Counted from the first letter of the stretch, positions 38,931-49,446 are shown. The stretch: 64,000 nucleotides of DNA from Clostridia bacterium (GCA_900764105.1 CAAFMS010000013.1:28445-92444), one strand, 5' to 3'. The notes: generated by a model not told the origin, from the sequence alone. A program made the numbers and translations.

Positions 38931-40163
38931 ATGAGAATAGAGAAATCGACGAAAAAGTCGAAAGAGGTCTGCGTGAACGTGACGAACGGAGTTGCGGACT
39001 CTCTGCGTATAAAAAACGTTTCGACCGCAACCGTAAGGGCTTACGATAACGGCCTTATAGGGATAGAGGGCAAAATGGGCGACGCCGATTTCGCGGCTCT
39101 CGAAAAAGAGGCGAAAGGCAATCTTTTAAGAGGTATTCCTTATCCCGATAAACCCGAAAAACCCCTCGATAAGTCGATTAACGTGAGAAAACACATAGTG
39201 AACGACAAAGATTTTCTGCCTTTCGTATCGGAAGCAGCGAAGAGAATAGCCGACGAAAATCCGTCGTTTATCATAAACGGCAAGGCGTATTTAAACGATC
39301 TCGAAACGGAGTATTCGGACGGAAACAGGCATCTTAAATACGCGGGCAATTCCTGCGACTTCGCCGTTATCTTCAAGGATAAAAAATCGGCGAACATTAT
39401 GGACGGAAGCGTTGCGGTGAGCGGGGACAGCCTTATAGGCGAGGACTTTTTCAAGGACGTAAAACTCAAACTCGACTGTTTTTTAAGCGTTCTGCCGCAC
39501 GTTAAGGGCGATAGAGTCAAGGTTATAGCGGGCGTGGAAGTTATGACTTATATTCTGCAACACTTCGTCGCGGACGTATATTGCAATAACGCTTCGCTTC
39601 TGAACGGTAAGTTGGGAACTAAGGTATTCAGCGAAAAACTTTCGGCAATGTGCGATCGCACGCCCGAAAAGGCTCTTTTAACTCCTTTTTACGACACCGA
39701 GGGCGTAGTGAACGAAGACTACAAGGCGTATCTTATCAAAAACGGCGTAATGAAAGGGCTTGCGACGACGAAATATTCGGCGGACAAATACGGAGTGGAA
39801 AACAGCGGTACCGCGGCTGCGGAGTATGCGGGGGCTCCCTCTATTTCTGCGATAGGGTTCGATATAGAAAGGACGGCAGACAGTCTCGAAGAGTTGATAG
39901 GAGAGGACGAGGCGATATATCTCGATCTTACCTCGGGCGGGGATATGACTCCCGACGGCAATATAAGTTTGCCCGTACAGGTCGCGTTTTTATATAAAGA
40001 CGGTAAGATTGTCGGCAGACTGCCCGAATTTTCGCTTTGCGGAAATATGTTCGATATATTCGGCAAAGACTATATAGGGGCGACCTCGCTCGGCTCGATT
40101 TTCAAAAGTTTACGCAGAGACACGGTTATCGTAACCGAAATGAACGTTGTGAATAAAAAATAG
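38931..40163 (+). CDS. pmbA: TldE/PmbA-family partner protein.
   Basis: A TldD/PmbA fold without the HExxxH motif, located directly downstream of tldD. 410 aa. Confidence 0.7.
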   Translation: MRIEKSTKKSKEVCVNVTNGVADSLRIKNVSTATVRAYDNGLIGIEGKMGDADFAALEKEAKGNLLRGIPYPDKPEKPLDKSINVRKHIVNDKDFLPFVSEAAKRIADENPSFIINGKAYLNDLETEYSDGNRHLKYAGNSCDFAVIFKDKKSANIMDGSVAVSGDSLIGEDFFKDVKLKLDCFLSVLPHVKGDRVKVIAGVEVMTYILQHFVADVYCNNASLLNGKLGTKVFSEKLSAMCDRTPEKALLTPFYDTEGVVNEDYKAYLIKNGVMKGLATTKYSADKYGVENSGTAAAEYAGAPSISAIGFDIERTADSLEELIGEDEAIYLDLTSGGDMTPDGNISLPVQVAFLYKDGKIVGRLPEFSLCGNMFDIFGKDYIGATSLGSIFKSLRRDTVIVTEMNVVNKK

Positions 40164-40321
40164 TTGGTTCATGGTTATTGAACAATTCGGCAAAAAGTGT
40201 TCGTTTTCTCATAATTTTCAAATAACTTTTTTAAAAAAACGCTTGATACGTTTCTCGCGTTGTGATATAATATGCTAAACTCGAAAGAGTGGGAATCTTA
40301 TCTAAGGAGATAAATAGGAAA

Positions 40322-41548
40322 ATGAAAAAAAGAATTGTTGCTTTGTTATTGGCTCTGTCGTCCGCCTTTGCGGTTTGTTCGCTCGGCGGTTGTAAGAAAA
40401 AAAATCCCGAAGCATCGAGAATGACGGTTGAAATCAACCCGAAAGTCGAGTTTATACTCGATAAAGACAATAAAGTAGTTTCGGCTACCGCTTTGAACGA
40501 CGACGGCGCCGTAATCTTAGCCGGAGAGGCTTCGTTTAAGGGCAAAACCGCCGAAGAAGCCGCCCAGGCCGTGGTTTCTATCGCTACCGAAACGGGATAT
40601 ATCGTCAAGGGCAGCGCGACCGTAGAGGATAACAAAATCAACATCTCGATTTCCGGCGACACCTCTTACGCGAAGGATTTATACGGTAAAGTAGAGAAGA
40701 AAGTCGAGAAGTACATGAAAGACAACGGCATTAACGCCACGCTTGAGAAAATCGACGCTCTGAAGCTCGAACAATTAAAGAAACTTGCTCTTAAAAATCC
40801 CGAGCGTACCGAGGACGACGTAAAGGATAAAACCGAAGAACAACTTATCGCAATGATTAAGCTCGACAGAATCGAGACGGCTGAACTTGCGACCGAGGAA
40901 CTCAAAGACGCATACTTCAAGGCGAAAGCGTATCAAATCGCTATCGTAAACAGAGAAGAAACCGCGAAAGTAATAGCGGGTATGAGCGATGCATACGCCG
41001 CCGCTTTAGGTCTTTACGACAAAGCGTTGGAAACGTACGGCAAAGCGATACAGGCTATGGAAGATACTCGTTATAAAACTCTCGTTTCTCCCGATTCTGC
41101 TTATCAGAAACTTCTTGCCGAACTCAGAGACAAGAAAGCGGAAGTTCTCAAAGAGAGAAGCATAACGTTCGACGTAACCATTGACGGTGAAAAGAGAGCG
41201 AGCGCGGAACTCAGATTGAAAGCGAGCGAAAAGGATTACGACGAACTCGTAAAAAGGATAGAGGAAATCGGAAATCAGGCGGACGCAGCCTGGACTCAGG
41301 CAATAGAGGCCGCGAAGACTTACGAAGCTACGCTCGAAGGGTATAAAAATCAACTCCTTACCGCCGAAGAGGTAAAGAAGAAGTTGAACGACGAAGCGGC
41401 GAATATCGAGACGGCGGTCAACAATGCGAAAAACAGTTTCTTCGAGACGTTCGAAAAGGCTCACGGCGAAGACATAAAGAAAGCGGAAGCCGACCTCGAA
41501 GCGTACAAGCAGAAACTTAAAGATCAGGCGGCGGGCAAAACCGAATGA
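40322..41548 (+). CDS. Coiled-coil-rich lipoprotein of unknown function.
   Basis: Lipobox FAVCSLGGCKKK followed by long A/E/K-rich helical repeats. Promoter ttgata-17-tataat at 40244-40272. Terminator hairpin at 41573-41612. Confidence 0.55.
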   Translation: MKKRIVALLLALSSAFAVCSLGGCKKKNPEASRMTVEINPKVEFILDKDNKVVSATALNDDGAVILAGEASFKGKTAEEAAQAVVSIATETGYIVKGSATVEDNKINISISGDTSYAKDLYGKVEKKVEKYMKDNGINATLEKIDALKLEQLKKLALKNPERTEDDVKDKTEEQLIAMIKLDRIETAELATEELKDAYFKAKAYQIAIVNREETAKVIAGMSDAYAAALGLYDKALETYGKAIQAMEDTRYKTLVSPDSAYQKLLAELRDKKAEVLKERSITFDVTIDGEKRASAELRLKASEKDYDELVKRIEEIGNQADAAWTQAIEAAKTYEATLEGYKNQLLTAEEVKKKLNDEAANIETAVNNAKNSFFETFEKAHGEDIKKAEADLEAYKQKLKDQAAGKTE

Positions 41549-41623
41549 TTTAAGTTAAAATTTTGAGACTATAAAAACAAGGTATCCGAAAAATCGGGTA
41601 TCTTGTTTTTTTTCGGGACGTCG

Positions 41624-41833
41624 GGGCGGGGTTTTGTTTTTTTGCGGTTTTTTCGGTGCGTCGAGGGCACCGTCCCCTATGGTAAAACTCGATATGTTTT
41701 TTATTGTAACAAAAAGATTGGGTTTAATTCCATTTTGTTTGCTTATTTACCACCGTCTACAAATTATTGTTTAAATTAGTCTATACAATATTTCATTTCT
41801 ACAATCGTAGGGGACGGCGCCCTCGACGTCCCG
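41624..41833. mobile_element. MITE-like repeat, family A copy A3 (the left terminus is interrupted by a 35-bp T-rich insertion).
   Basis: cgggacgtcggggcg[gggttttgtttttttgcggttttttcggtgcgtcgagg]gcaccgtcccctat on the left. cgtaggggacggcgccctcgacgtcccg at 41806-41833 on the right. Confidence 0.55.
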
Positions 41834-41989
41834 CCTTGGTATTTTATAATTCTTTTTTTGTTTATTACGAAACAAAATAATGTTGTGAAATATTACAACA
41901 GGCTTTAAAACGCTTTATTTTTTCATTTTAAAATGGTATACTGTCGTGGTCGAACGGGAATCGATGTTTCCCTCGACTAAGGTGAACGA

Positions 41990-43441
41990 ATGACAGAGAC
42001 AGTCGCTACGGAAAAATTAAATAAAAAAGACGTAAGGAGATTTACGGAAGGTTCGCTTTTTAAAAACATTCTGCTTTTCTCTCTGCCTTTGATGCTGTCT
42101 CAGGTCCTGCAGGTGCTTTTTAACATTTCCGACGTAATAATCGTAGGAAAAGGCACTCCGAATCCGACTATTCCCGTAGGAGCGGTCGGTTCTAACAGCA
42201 CTCTTTTAACGTTGTTTACGGGCTTTTTAATAGGTCTCGGCGCAGGGATAAACGTAAGGGTCGCTCAGTACCTCGGCGCGAAAAAGGAGGACGACGTAAA
42301 ATCGACCGTTTCCACTTCGCTCGTTCTGAGCGTTATTATGGGCTTAATCATATTCGCGGTGTGTTTTTTCTTTGCGGAAAATATACTTGTGATGCTCGAA
42401 ACAAAGTCCGAACTGTTAGACAAGGCGGTTATTTACCTTAAAATATACTCGTGCGGTATGCCTGCGATGGCGATATTCAACTACGGTAACGGCGTTTTAA
42501 GCGCGGCGGGGGATACTAAACGCCCCCTCGTTTATCTCACCGCGTCGGGCATAATGAATATCGGATTGAATTTCTTTTTCGTTCTCGTCTGCAAACTCGA
42601 CGTAGAGGGGGTTGCTCTTGCGAGTATTATCACGCAGTACGTTTCTGCCGTTCTCGTTATGGTAAGGATAATTACTATCAACGACGATTACAAACTCGAT
42701 TTCAAAAAGTTCGTATTCAGCGGCAAAAAAGCGGCGGAAGTTTTATATCTCGGAATACCCGCAGGGCTTCAGAACGCCATTTTCGCCATTGCGAATATTT
42801 TCATCCAGAAGTCGATAAACCATACTTTTCCGTATAAAGTGGTGACGGGCAACGGCGTTTCGCAGAACGTGGATTCTATAATATACAATACGATGATGGC
42901 GTTTTACACCGCTTGTTCCACGTTTATAGGTCAGAACTACGGCGCGGGCAAGAAAGACAGGGTGTTGAAGTCGTATTTCATATCCACGGGTTACGCTTTC
43001 GTCATAGGCTCGGTACTCGGCATATCGTCTTATATATTCGGTCGTCCGATACTGTCGCTTTTCGACCCCGACCCCGAAGTGGTCGCTGCCGGAATGGAAA
43101 AAATGAAAATTATGGGCGTATGTTACGGAATAGGCGCGTTTATGGACGCTTCGCTTGCCGCTTCGAGAGGACTCGGGAAGAGTCTTGCGCCGACGATTAT
43201 CGTAATAATGGGGTCGTGCGTGTTCCGTTTCGTTTGGCTGTACACGGTGTTCGCAAAATATCAGACGATACCGTCGCTGTATCTTCTGTATCCCGTTTCG
43301 TGGGTAATCACCGCGATTTTCGAGATAGCATACTTCTTTATGGCGTATAAAAAGTTGATGGAAAAACCGCAGCAGCCTCAGCCGCCTCAACCGATAACGG
43401 AAGAGGGGAAAACGCTCGGCGAAACAACGGTAAATAAATAA
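41990..43441 (+). CDS. MATE-family efflux transporter.
   Basis: 12 TM helices with a MATE/NorM-like duplicated architecture. 483 aa, with a PQQPQPPQP C-tail. Confidence 0.75.
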   Translation: MTETVATEKLNKKDVRRFTEGSLFKNILLFSLPLMLSQVLQVLFNISDVIIVGKGTPNPTIPVGAVGSNSTLLTLFTGFLIGLGAGINVRVAQYLGAKKEDDVKSTVSTSLVLSVIMGLIIFAVCFFFAENILVMLETKSELLDKAVIYLKIYSCGMPAMAIFNYGNGVLSAAGDTKRPLVYLTASGIMNIGLNFFFVLVCKLDVEGVALASIITQYVSAVLVMVRIITINDDYKLDFKKFVFSGKKAAEVLYLGIPAGLQNAIFAIANIFIQKSINHTFPYKVVTGNGVSQNVDSIIYNTMMAFYTACSTFIGQNYGAGKKDRVLKSYFISTGYAFVIGSVLGISSYIFGRPILSLFDPDPEVVAAGMEKMKIMGVCYGIGAFMDASLAASRGLGKSLAPTIIVIMGSCVFRFVWLYTVFAKYQTIPSLYLLYPVSWVITAIFEIAYFFMAYKKLMEKPQQPQPPQPITEEGKTLGETTVNK

Positions 43442-43464
43442 AAAATACAAAAAAACAAAAAGGG

Positions 43465-43492
43465 CTGTCGCAAGTTTTTCTTGCGACAGCCT
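43465..43492. terminator. Bidirectional rho-independent terminator.
   Basis: ggctgtcgcaag / cttgcgacagcc hairpin flanked by A- and T-tracts. Confidence 0.65.
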
Positions 43493-43498
43493 CGTTTT

Positions 43499-43684
43499 TC
43501 ATTTGCAAGGTCTTCTTTCGTAAAATTCGTAATAGCAATCTTTACACGGGTCGGGTTTCCTCTTCGGCTTTTCTTTGCAGCAACACGGAAAAACGTTTAT
43601 CTCTTTTTCTTTTCGGCAGTTTGTGACCGCTCCCGCTATCACCGCGCCGATAACCGCCCCGATTATCAAATCACAGTTTCTCAT
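43499..43684 (-). CDS. Possible small membrane-anchored Cys-rich protein (61 aa).
   Basis: N-terminal TM helix LIIGAVIGAVIAGAV, then CRKEKEINVFPCCCKEKPKRKPDPCKDCYY. GAGG 9 nt upstream. Co-directional with and downstream of the membrane protein gene. No homology evidence. Confidence 0.3.
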   Translation of the reverse strand: MRNCDLIIGAVIGAVIAGAVTNCRKEKEINVFPCCCKEKPKRKPDPCKDCYYEFYERRPCK

Positions 43685-43752
43685 AAGTATAACCTCGGCA
43701 ACCGCCGGCTCGTAGGAGTTTTTGCCGTCTGCGGTCGCTGTTATATACTATG

Positions 43753-44400
43753 CTATTTTTCTTCCGATTGTTCCGCCTTTGACGACTGTTCAACGGGTTT
43801 AGAACAAACGATTTTTACTATGAACACGATAAGCATTACAATCGCTATCGCAAATAACGCGTAAATAATTATATCGACGTAATCTTTGAACAGGAAAGTG
43901 AGCAGAGTTATTATCGCTCCGGCGATTAAATTGCCTGCGGCGACGGGCAATAACGCCTCTCTGAATTTAAGCCCTAAAAAAACGGCGATTGCGGTTCCCG
44001 TCCATACTCCCGTTACGGGGAAAGGTACGGCGACGAACACGAACAGACTTATCATCATTATTTTTTTCGCTTCTTTTTCGGGCGAACCGTCCGTTTTCTT
44101 CGCTATTTCCTCGGCTTTTCTTTGGAAAATTCCTTCGATTTTTTCTATAAGTCTCTTAATGAACTTGATTTTCTTTAACAGGTTGAAAATGGGGATAAGC
44201 AGGAAAAATTCCGCGACGGATATAATCGTAGAACCGAGATATGCGATTCCCGCGGTTGCGAAAAGGTTCATGTTAAACAGTCCCGTGCCGATAGGTATCG
44301 CGCCTTTCAGTTCTATGAGCGGAAACATAGACACGAACAGGGTGGCGATTATTTTATTTCCGAAAACTTCAAGTAAAAATTTGCCTAACGCTTCTGCCAT
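43753..44400 (-). CDS. Small integral membrane protein (COG2426 / small multidrug export-like).
   Basis: 4-5 TM helices and a charged central loop. 215 aa. Confidence 0.5.
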   Translation of the reverse strand: MAEALGKFLLEVFGNKIIATLFVSMFPLIELKGAIPIGTGLFNMNLFATAGIAYLGSTIISVAEFFLLIPIFNLLKKIKFIKRLIEKIEGIFQRKAEEIAKKTDGSPEKEAKKIMMISLFVFVAVPFPVTGVWTGTAIAVFLGLKFREALLPVAAGNLIAGAIITLLTFLFKDYVDIIIYALFAIAIVMLIVFIVKIVCSKPVEQSSKAEQSEEK

Positions 44401-44507
44401 AATTCCTCCGAAATTTTTGTCCGCAAGCGTGTAAAATCGCTTGTCTTTTTTGGCTTCATAGTATATATTTTATCATATCGACTGAATTAAGTCAAACGGA
44501 GAGCATT

Positions 44508-45263
44508 ATGGAACTACAGAAATTACTGTCGAAAGCGAGAAGGGCGGCGGAAGATTACGATATGATAGAAGAGGGCGATAAAATCGCCGTCGGACTTTCG
44601 GGCGGCAAGGACAGCATAACGCTTTTGTATATTCTCGCCACGATGCGCAGATTTTACCCGAAAAAATTCGAGGTGGTCGCAATTACCGTCGATATGGGTC
44701 TCGAATACGACAAGGACGAAGTCGAGGCGTTGAAAAAATTGTGCGAGGAATTGAACGTGGAATACGTTATCGAGCCTACCGAGATAGGCAAAATCGTCTT
44801 TGACGTAAGAAAAGAACAAAACCCGTGCAGTCTGTGCGCGAATATGAGAAGGGGGGCTTTGAACAATACGGCGGTGAAAGTCGGCTGTAATAAAATCGCG
44901 CTCGGGCATCACGCGGACGATTTGATAGAAACGCTCTTTCTGTCGCTTTTCTACGAGAGCAGACTTTCGACTTTTTCCCCCGTCACTCATTTGGAGAGGA
45001 AGAACGTAACGGTAATACGCCCTATGATATATATCCGAGAAAAGGAAATATCGGGTTTTATCAAGGGTAAGCCGATTCTGCACAATCCGTGTCCTGCGAA
45101 CAAGCATACGAAACGGCAGTATATAAAGGATTTGTTAAAGACTTTGGAAAAAGACAACAAGAAGATAAAGGAGAACGTATTAGGCGCGATAACGCACCCC
45201 GAGAGGAACGGTTTGTTTTCGGTAATAAACAGAGAAGAAAAAGACGATAAAGGGAATAAGTAA
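44508..45263 (+). CDS. ttcA: PP-loop ATP pyrophosphatase, TtcA-like tRNA thiolation enzyme.
   Basis: SGGKDS PP-loop, CSLC and a later Cys pair typical of TtcA/TilS-like enzymes. 251 aa. Confidence 0.65.
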   Translation: MELQKLLSKARRAAEDYDMIEEGDKIAVGLSGGKDSITLLYILATMRRFYPKKFEVVAITVDMGLEYDKDEVEALKKLCEELNVEYVIEPTEIGKIVFDVRKEQNPCSLCANMRRGALNNTAVKVGCNKIALGHHADDLIETLFLSLFYESRLSTFSPVTHLERKNVTVIRPMIYIREKEISGFIKGKPILHNPCPANKHTKRQYIKDLLKTLEKDNKKIKENVLGAITHPERNGLFSVINREEKDDKGNK

Positions 45264-45289
45264 GCCTATAAGTCGATAAAACGGCAATT

Positions 45290-45345
45290 TTACAAAATAA
45301 TAAGTATTTATAAGATAAGAGAACGGCGGAGACTTAAGGTCTCCG
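45290..45345. terminator. Terminator hairpin flanked by an inverted pair of the TATAAGTCGATAAA motif.
   Basis: aacggcggagacc ttaa ggtctccgccgtt stem. Motif copies at 45267-45284 (+) and 45346-45362 (-). Confidence 0.55.
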
Positions 45346-45422
45346 CCGTTTATCGACTTATTCTTTCGTTTTTAATAGGTAAAAACGAAACCGTAAATCG
45401 TTCTATAATAGAATTGTGTAAC

Positions 45423-46022
45423 CTATATAAATAATGAAACGACCATTTTTTTGACAGACTCTTTCATTACTTTGTAGTCGAGATAGTCGTGCACGTCGTA
45501 AACCGATTCGTGCGCAAAAGATTGAATAGCGTTCATCGCAAGGTGTACACGCTCTTCTATGTGCGTTCCCTCGTAACCGAGTTCGGCCAGTTTTTTCGAA
45601 GTGGCGGTCGTTATGCAGTCCTGAAGTTTCATAAACTCCTTGTTTACGTCTCCGTCGCCGACTTCCAAAGAGTGTAACGTATTGTGCAGATGCGCGTTGT
45701 CCTTGTGCGTTTTTATCGTAATATCTATAAACTTTTCTGCGAGCGACTCGAAATCTATCGGCGGTTTTAAGCCCTCCAACAACTTTTCGTATGGCTTGGT
45801 TACTTTATCAATATATATTTTAAGAACATACAACAATATGTCTTTTTTGTCCTTGAAATAACTGTATACTATTCCCGTGGACACACCCGCCGCTTTCGCG
45901 ATTTCCTGCGTGTTGGTGTTGTAATAACCGTTTTCCGCGAATAGTTTATACCCCGCTTCAATAATTTTCTGTTTTTTTTCGTTCGCCCTTTCCTGTACGG
46001 GCTGTCTTATCGCATTTGCCAT
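45423..46022 (-). CDS. TetR/AcrR-family transcriptional regulator.
   Basis: N-terminal HTH ...GYYNTNTQEIAKAAGVSTGIVYSYFKDK. 199 aa. Divergent from the feo operon. Confidence 0.8.
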   Translation of the reverse strand: MANAIRQPVQERANEKKQKIIEAGYKLFAENGYYNTNTQEIAKAAGVSTGIVYSYFKDKKDILLYVLKIYIDKVTKPYEKLLEGLKPPIDFESLAEKFIDITIKTHKDNAHLHNTLHSLEVGDGDVNKEFMKLQDCITTATSKKLAELGYEGTHIEERVHLAMNAIQSFAHESVYDVHDYLDYKVMKESVKKMVVSLFI

Positions 46023-46099
46023 ATTTCCATTATATATTATATGCGAAAAAAACGCAAGCGAAAAAATTTAAAAATATGAAAAAAAGTTCATATAATTGC

Positions 46100-46205
46100 T
46101 TGACAGGCTAAATTTGTAATGATATAATAAACCCGAAATTGAAATTTTATTCATATTTCTGTCTGCGAGGCGTTTCGTAGTAAGCCCGTTACGCCTCGGC
46201 AGACG
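46100..46205 (+). promoter_or_regulatory. feo operon promoter with a Fur-box-like overlap and a stable 5'UTR hairpin.
   Basis: ttgaca-17-tataat consensus (46100-46128). tgtaatgatataata overlaps the -10 box and loosely resembles a Fur box. A 13-bp stem gtctgcgaggcg...cgcctcggcagac sits at 46160-46205 with no U-tract. Confidence 0.45.
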
Positions 46206-46224
46206 AAAAACAGAGGAGGTTTTC

Positions 46225-46437
46225 ATGCCGATAGTATTAGCGCCGATCAACCAGAATTTAAAGGTCGTAAGAATTGCCGCGGACGAAAAGGTGAAGAAGC
46301 ATCTTGAAAGTCTCGGTATAACCGTAAACGGAGAACTTACCGTTTTAAGTTCGAGCGGCGGCACGGTGGTAATAAAAATCAAAGACGGAAGAATCGCTTT
46401 GGATAGCAATCTTTCCACCAAAATATTTGTAGCGTAA
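46225..46437 (+). CDS. feoA: FeoA-family protein (copy 1).
   Basis: 70 aa with an SH3-like FeoA fold pattern (VVRI...GITVNGELTVL). Confidence 0.7.
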   Translation: MPIVLAPINQNLKVVRIAADEKVKKHLESLGITVNGELTVLSSSGGTVVIKIKDGRIALDSNLSTKIFVA

Positions 46438-46488
46438 AAAATATTTGTAGCGTAAATTAAAAAGGTAAAACAAAAAAGGAGAAATATT

Positions 46489-46722
46489 ATGGAAAAAACG
46501 TTGGATTTGTTTGAAATCGGCGAAAAGGGCGTAGTTAAGTCCGTAGCCGGCGAAGGCAAAATCAAAAGACGTCTGTTCGATATGGGAATCACTCCCGGCG
46601 CAGACGTCTTTATGCGTAAGAAAGCCCCTTTGGGCGACCCCATCGAGATTACGATAAGGGGCTATGAACTCACCCTTCGTAAGACCGAAGCGGTTTGCGT
46701 AAAATTGGAGGTAATTAAGTAA
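46489..46722 (+). CDS. feoA: FeoA-family protein (copy 2).
   Basis: 77 aa; LFEIGEKGVVKSVAG...RLFDMGITPGADV is a typical FeoA. Confidence 0.8.
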   Translation: MEKTLDLFEIGEKGVVKSVAGEGKIKRRLFDMGITPGADVFMRKKAPLGDPIEITIRGYELTLRKTEAVCVKLEVIK

Positions 46723-49250
46723 TGAAAAGGTTTGCACTTGCCGGCAACCCGAACTGCGGAAAGACCACTCTTTTCAACAGTTTAACGGGTTCTACCGCGC
46801 ACGTCGGCAACTGGCCGGGCGTTACGGTAGACAAAAGGGACGGCGTTTACAAAAAACTCGCCGAAAACATCGCGATAGTCGATTTACCGGGTATTTATTC
46901 TCTTTCTCCCTATACTCCCGAGGAGGTTATAGCGAGAAATTACGTTCTCGACGAAAAGCCCGACTGCGTAATCAATATCGTAGACGCGACGAACTTGGAG
47001 CGTAACCTGTATCTGACCACTCAGATACTCGAGATAGACGTTCCCGTAGTCGTCGCTCTTAACATGATAGACGCGGTTGAGAAATCGGGAGACAAAATCG
47101 ACGAAAAGGCGCTCGAATCGAGACTCGGCGTTCCCGTCGTCAAGATTTCCGCTTTAAAGGAAAAAGGTCTCGAAGAACTTATGCAGAAAGCCTACAACGA
47201 GAGCAAAAAGACTCGTAAAGGCGATTCGGTTCTTCTTAAAAACTCGCCGCTCACGCATCTTATAGGCGACGTTAAAATCGCTCTCGAAGGGCAGAACGTT
47301 TCAAACCCTCTGTTCCACGCGGTAAAACTCGTGGAGTGCGACGAAATCGAAGTAAAAATGCACAAAGATACCGTCGGAATGGTCGAAGCGTTCAAGAAAA
47401 CCTTCAACGACGAAGTGTTCGGCACGGATTTCGAGGCTTTGGTCGCGGACGCAAGATATAAATACATATCTAAGAATTTCGCGCCCGTCGTAACCCACAA
47501 AAACAAAGACAAGTTCAAAATGTCGAAGTCGGACAAAGCGGATAAGGTCCTCACTCACAAGGTTTGGGGTATTCCTATTTTCCTCGTTGTTTTGTTCCTT
47601 ATATTCCACCTTACGTTCTCGGAAAATCTGTTTTTCTTAAACGGTTTTAACGATAATATGGCTTGGATGCCGTCCCTTTCGGATAACGAGAATTTCATTG
47701 AAAAGGACGAAAAAGGCAATCTCGTGTACGAAACCGACGAGGACGGGAATTACGCTCTCGACTACATAATGGACGCAAACGGCGAGTATGTAAACGCGGA
47801 CAAAGCGGAGTTGCAAGCCGACGGATCTTACAAAGTTACCGTTGACGGCGAAGAGTACGAAGGACTTTTCGCAGACGCCGACGGACATCTCGGAAACAGA
47901 GTCCCCGTGCTTACTTACGGGGCAAGATGGCTCGCGACGATTTACGACGGAACGTTGTATTCGCCGGGCGTAGTAATCAACAACGTCTGGAACGATATGC
48001 TTATAGGCGAGGCCGCCGACTATCTCAAAGGAGTAGTCGAGGGCAGCGGAATGGCACAGTGGGCTGTCGGTCTTATAAACGACGGTATCATCGAAGGTAT
48101 CACGGCGGTTTTGTCCTTCCTTCCCCCGATACTCGTATTGTTCCTCTTCTTCTCGATACTCGAAGATTCGGGATATATGGCCCGTATAGCGTTCATTCTC
48201 GACAGAATGTTCAGAAAGTTCGGACTTTCGGGCAGAGCATTTCTTCCGATGATAATGGGTTTCGGCTGCTCCGTTCCCGCAATGATAAATACGAGAACCT
48301 TAGCGGACGACAAGGAAAGAACGGCGACGATAAGAGTTATTCCTTTCTTCTCGTGCGGCGCGAAACTTCCGATTCTGACTGCGGTTGCAGGCGCGATCGT
48401 AAGCAATTTAAGACCCGGTTGGAACGCTGATATAATTACATACGCAATGTATCTCTTAGGCGTGGTTACGGCGATTTGTACGGTACTTTTAATGAGAAGT
48501 ACGTCGCTAAAAGGCGAAACTCCTCCGTTTATAATGGAATTGCCCGCGTACCACACTCCGCAGTTCAAAAACCTGATGGCTCACCTGTGGGATAAGACGA
48601 AGCATTTCGTAAAGAAAGCGTTTACGATTATATTCGCTTCCACGATAGTGATTTGGTTCCTGACTCACTTCTCGTTCCAATGGGAACTTCTTTCCGACGA
48701 ACGTATCGACGAGAGTATCTTAGCGGGAATAAGCAAACTCGTTCAGCCCGTATTCACGCCGCTCGGATTCGGATATAACAACAGTAAGCTTTACACATAC
48801 GGTTGGGTATTCGCCGTCGCAGCGGTGTCAGGACTTATCGCGAAAGAAAACGTCATCGCAACGTTTGCGACTCTTGCTACCTGTATAGTCGCTAAATGCC
48901 CCGAAATCGCAGCGTACAACATTAACGCAGAAAGCGGTATCGGCGCGGTAGTGGCGATGATTCAGGCTTCGGGCGTAAGCGTACCCGCGCTTCTCGCGTT
49001 CATAGCCTTCAATATGACGACTATTCCGTGCTTCGCCGCGGTAGGTACGGCAAAAGCGGAACTTCAGAATAAAAACCGTTATCGCTGGACTCTCTTGTTC
49101 TGGGTAGCAACTTCTTATATCGTAGGTACTATGATTTATACGATCGGCTCGTGGTGGTGGACTTCCTTCATCTGGGCGGCTGCAATTGCGCTTGTAGTTT
49201 TAGGTATCGTATATTATAACAAAATGAGAGAGACAAAAGTCAAAGCTTAA
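46722..49250 (+). CDS. feoB: Ferrous iron transporter FeoB (842 aa), with a large extracytoplasmic insertion.
   Basis: N-terminal G domain (GNPNCGKTTLFN, DLPG, NMID) and a multi-TM permease. About 190 non-membrane residues are inserted after the first TM helices. Confidence 0.9.
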   Translation: MKRFALAGNPNCGKTTLFNSLTGSTAHVGNWPGVTVDKRDGVYKKLAENIAIVDLPGIYSLSPYTPEEVIARNYVLDEKPDCVINIVDATNLERNLYLTTQILEIDVPVVVALNMIDAVEKSGDKIDEKALESRLGVPVVKISALKEKGLEELMQKAYNESKKTRKGDSVLLKNSPLTHLIGDVKIALEGQNVSNPLFHAVKLVECDEIEVKMHKDTVGMVEAFKKTFNDEVFGTDFEALVADARYKYISKNFAPVVTHKNKDKFKMSKSDKADKVLTHKVWGIPIFLVVLFLIFHLTFSENLFFLNGFNDNMAWMPSLSDNENFIEKDEKGNLVYETDEDGNYALDYIMDANGEYVNADKAELQADGSYKVTVDGEEYEGLFADADGHLGNRVPVLTYGARWLATIYDGTLYSPGVVINNVWNDMLIGEAADYLKGVVEGSGMAQWAVGLINDGIIEGITAVLSFLPPILVLFLFFSILEDSGYMARIAFILDRMFRKFGLSGRAFLPMIMGFGCSVPAMINTRTLADDKERTATIRVIPFFSCGAKLPILTAVAGAIVSNLRPGWNADIITYAMYLLGVVTAICTVLLMRSTSLKGETPPFIMELPAYHTPQFKNLMAHLWDKTKHFVKKAFTIIFASTIVIWFLTHFSFQWELLSDERIDESILAGISKLVQPVFTPLGFGYNNSKLYTYGWVFAVAAVSGLIAKENVIATFATLATCIVAKCPEIAAYNINAESGIGAVVAMIQASGVSVPALLAFIAFNMTTIPCFAAVGTAKAELQNKNRYRWTLLFWVATSYIVGTMIYTIGSWWWTSFIWAAAIALVVLGIVYYNKMRETKVKA

Positions 49251-49284
49251 CGATAGACGTTAAAAACTGTAAGGAGCAATAAAA

Positions 49285-49446
49285 ATGGGACCGTTGGAAA
49301 TAATTTTGATAATCGTATGCGTCGCGGTAGTTCTCGGAGTTTCGATAACCTCGATAGTCCGCAAGAAAAAGGGCAAAGGCGGTTGCGGCGGTGATTGCGC
49401 TCACTGCGCGGGTTGTCAATATTCTAAAAAGCCTCATAAAAAATAG
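49285..49446 (+). CDS. FeoB-associated Cys-rich small membrane protein (53 aa).
   Basis: Not in the ORF track. TAAGGAGC RBS. Translates to MGPLEIILIIVCVAVVLGVSITSIVRKKKGKGGCGGDCAHCAGCQYSKKPHKK, one TM helix plus a CxxxCxxCxxC tail. Immediately downstream of feoB, followed by a terminator at 49449-49488. Confidence 0.65.
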   Translation: MGPLEIILIIVCVAVVLGVSITSIVRKKKGKGGCGGDCAHCAGCQYSKKPHKK

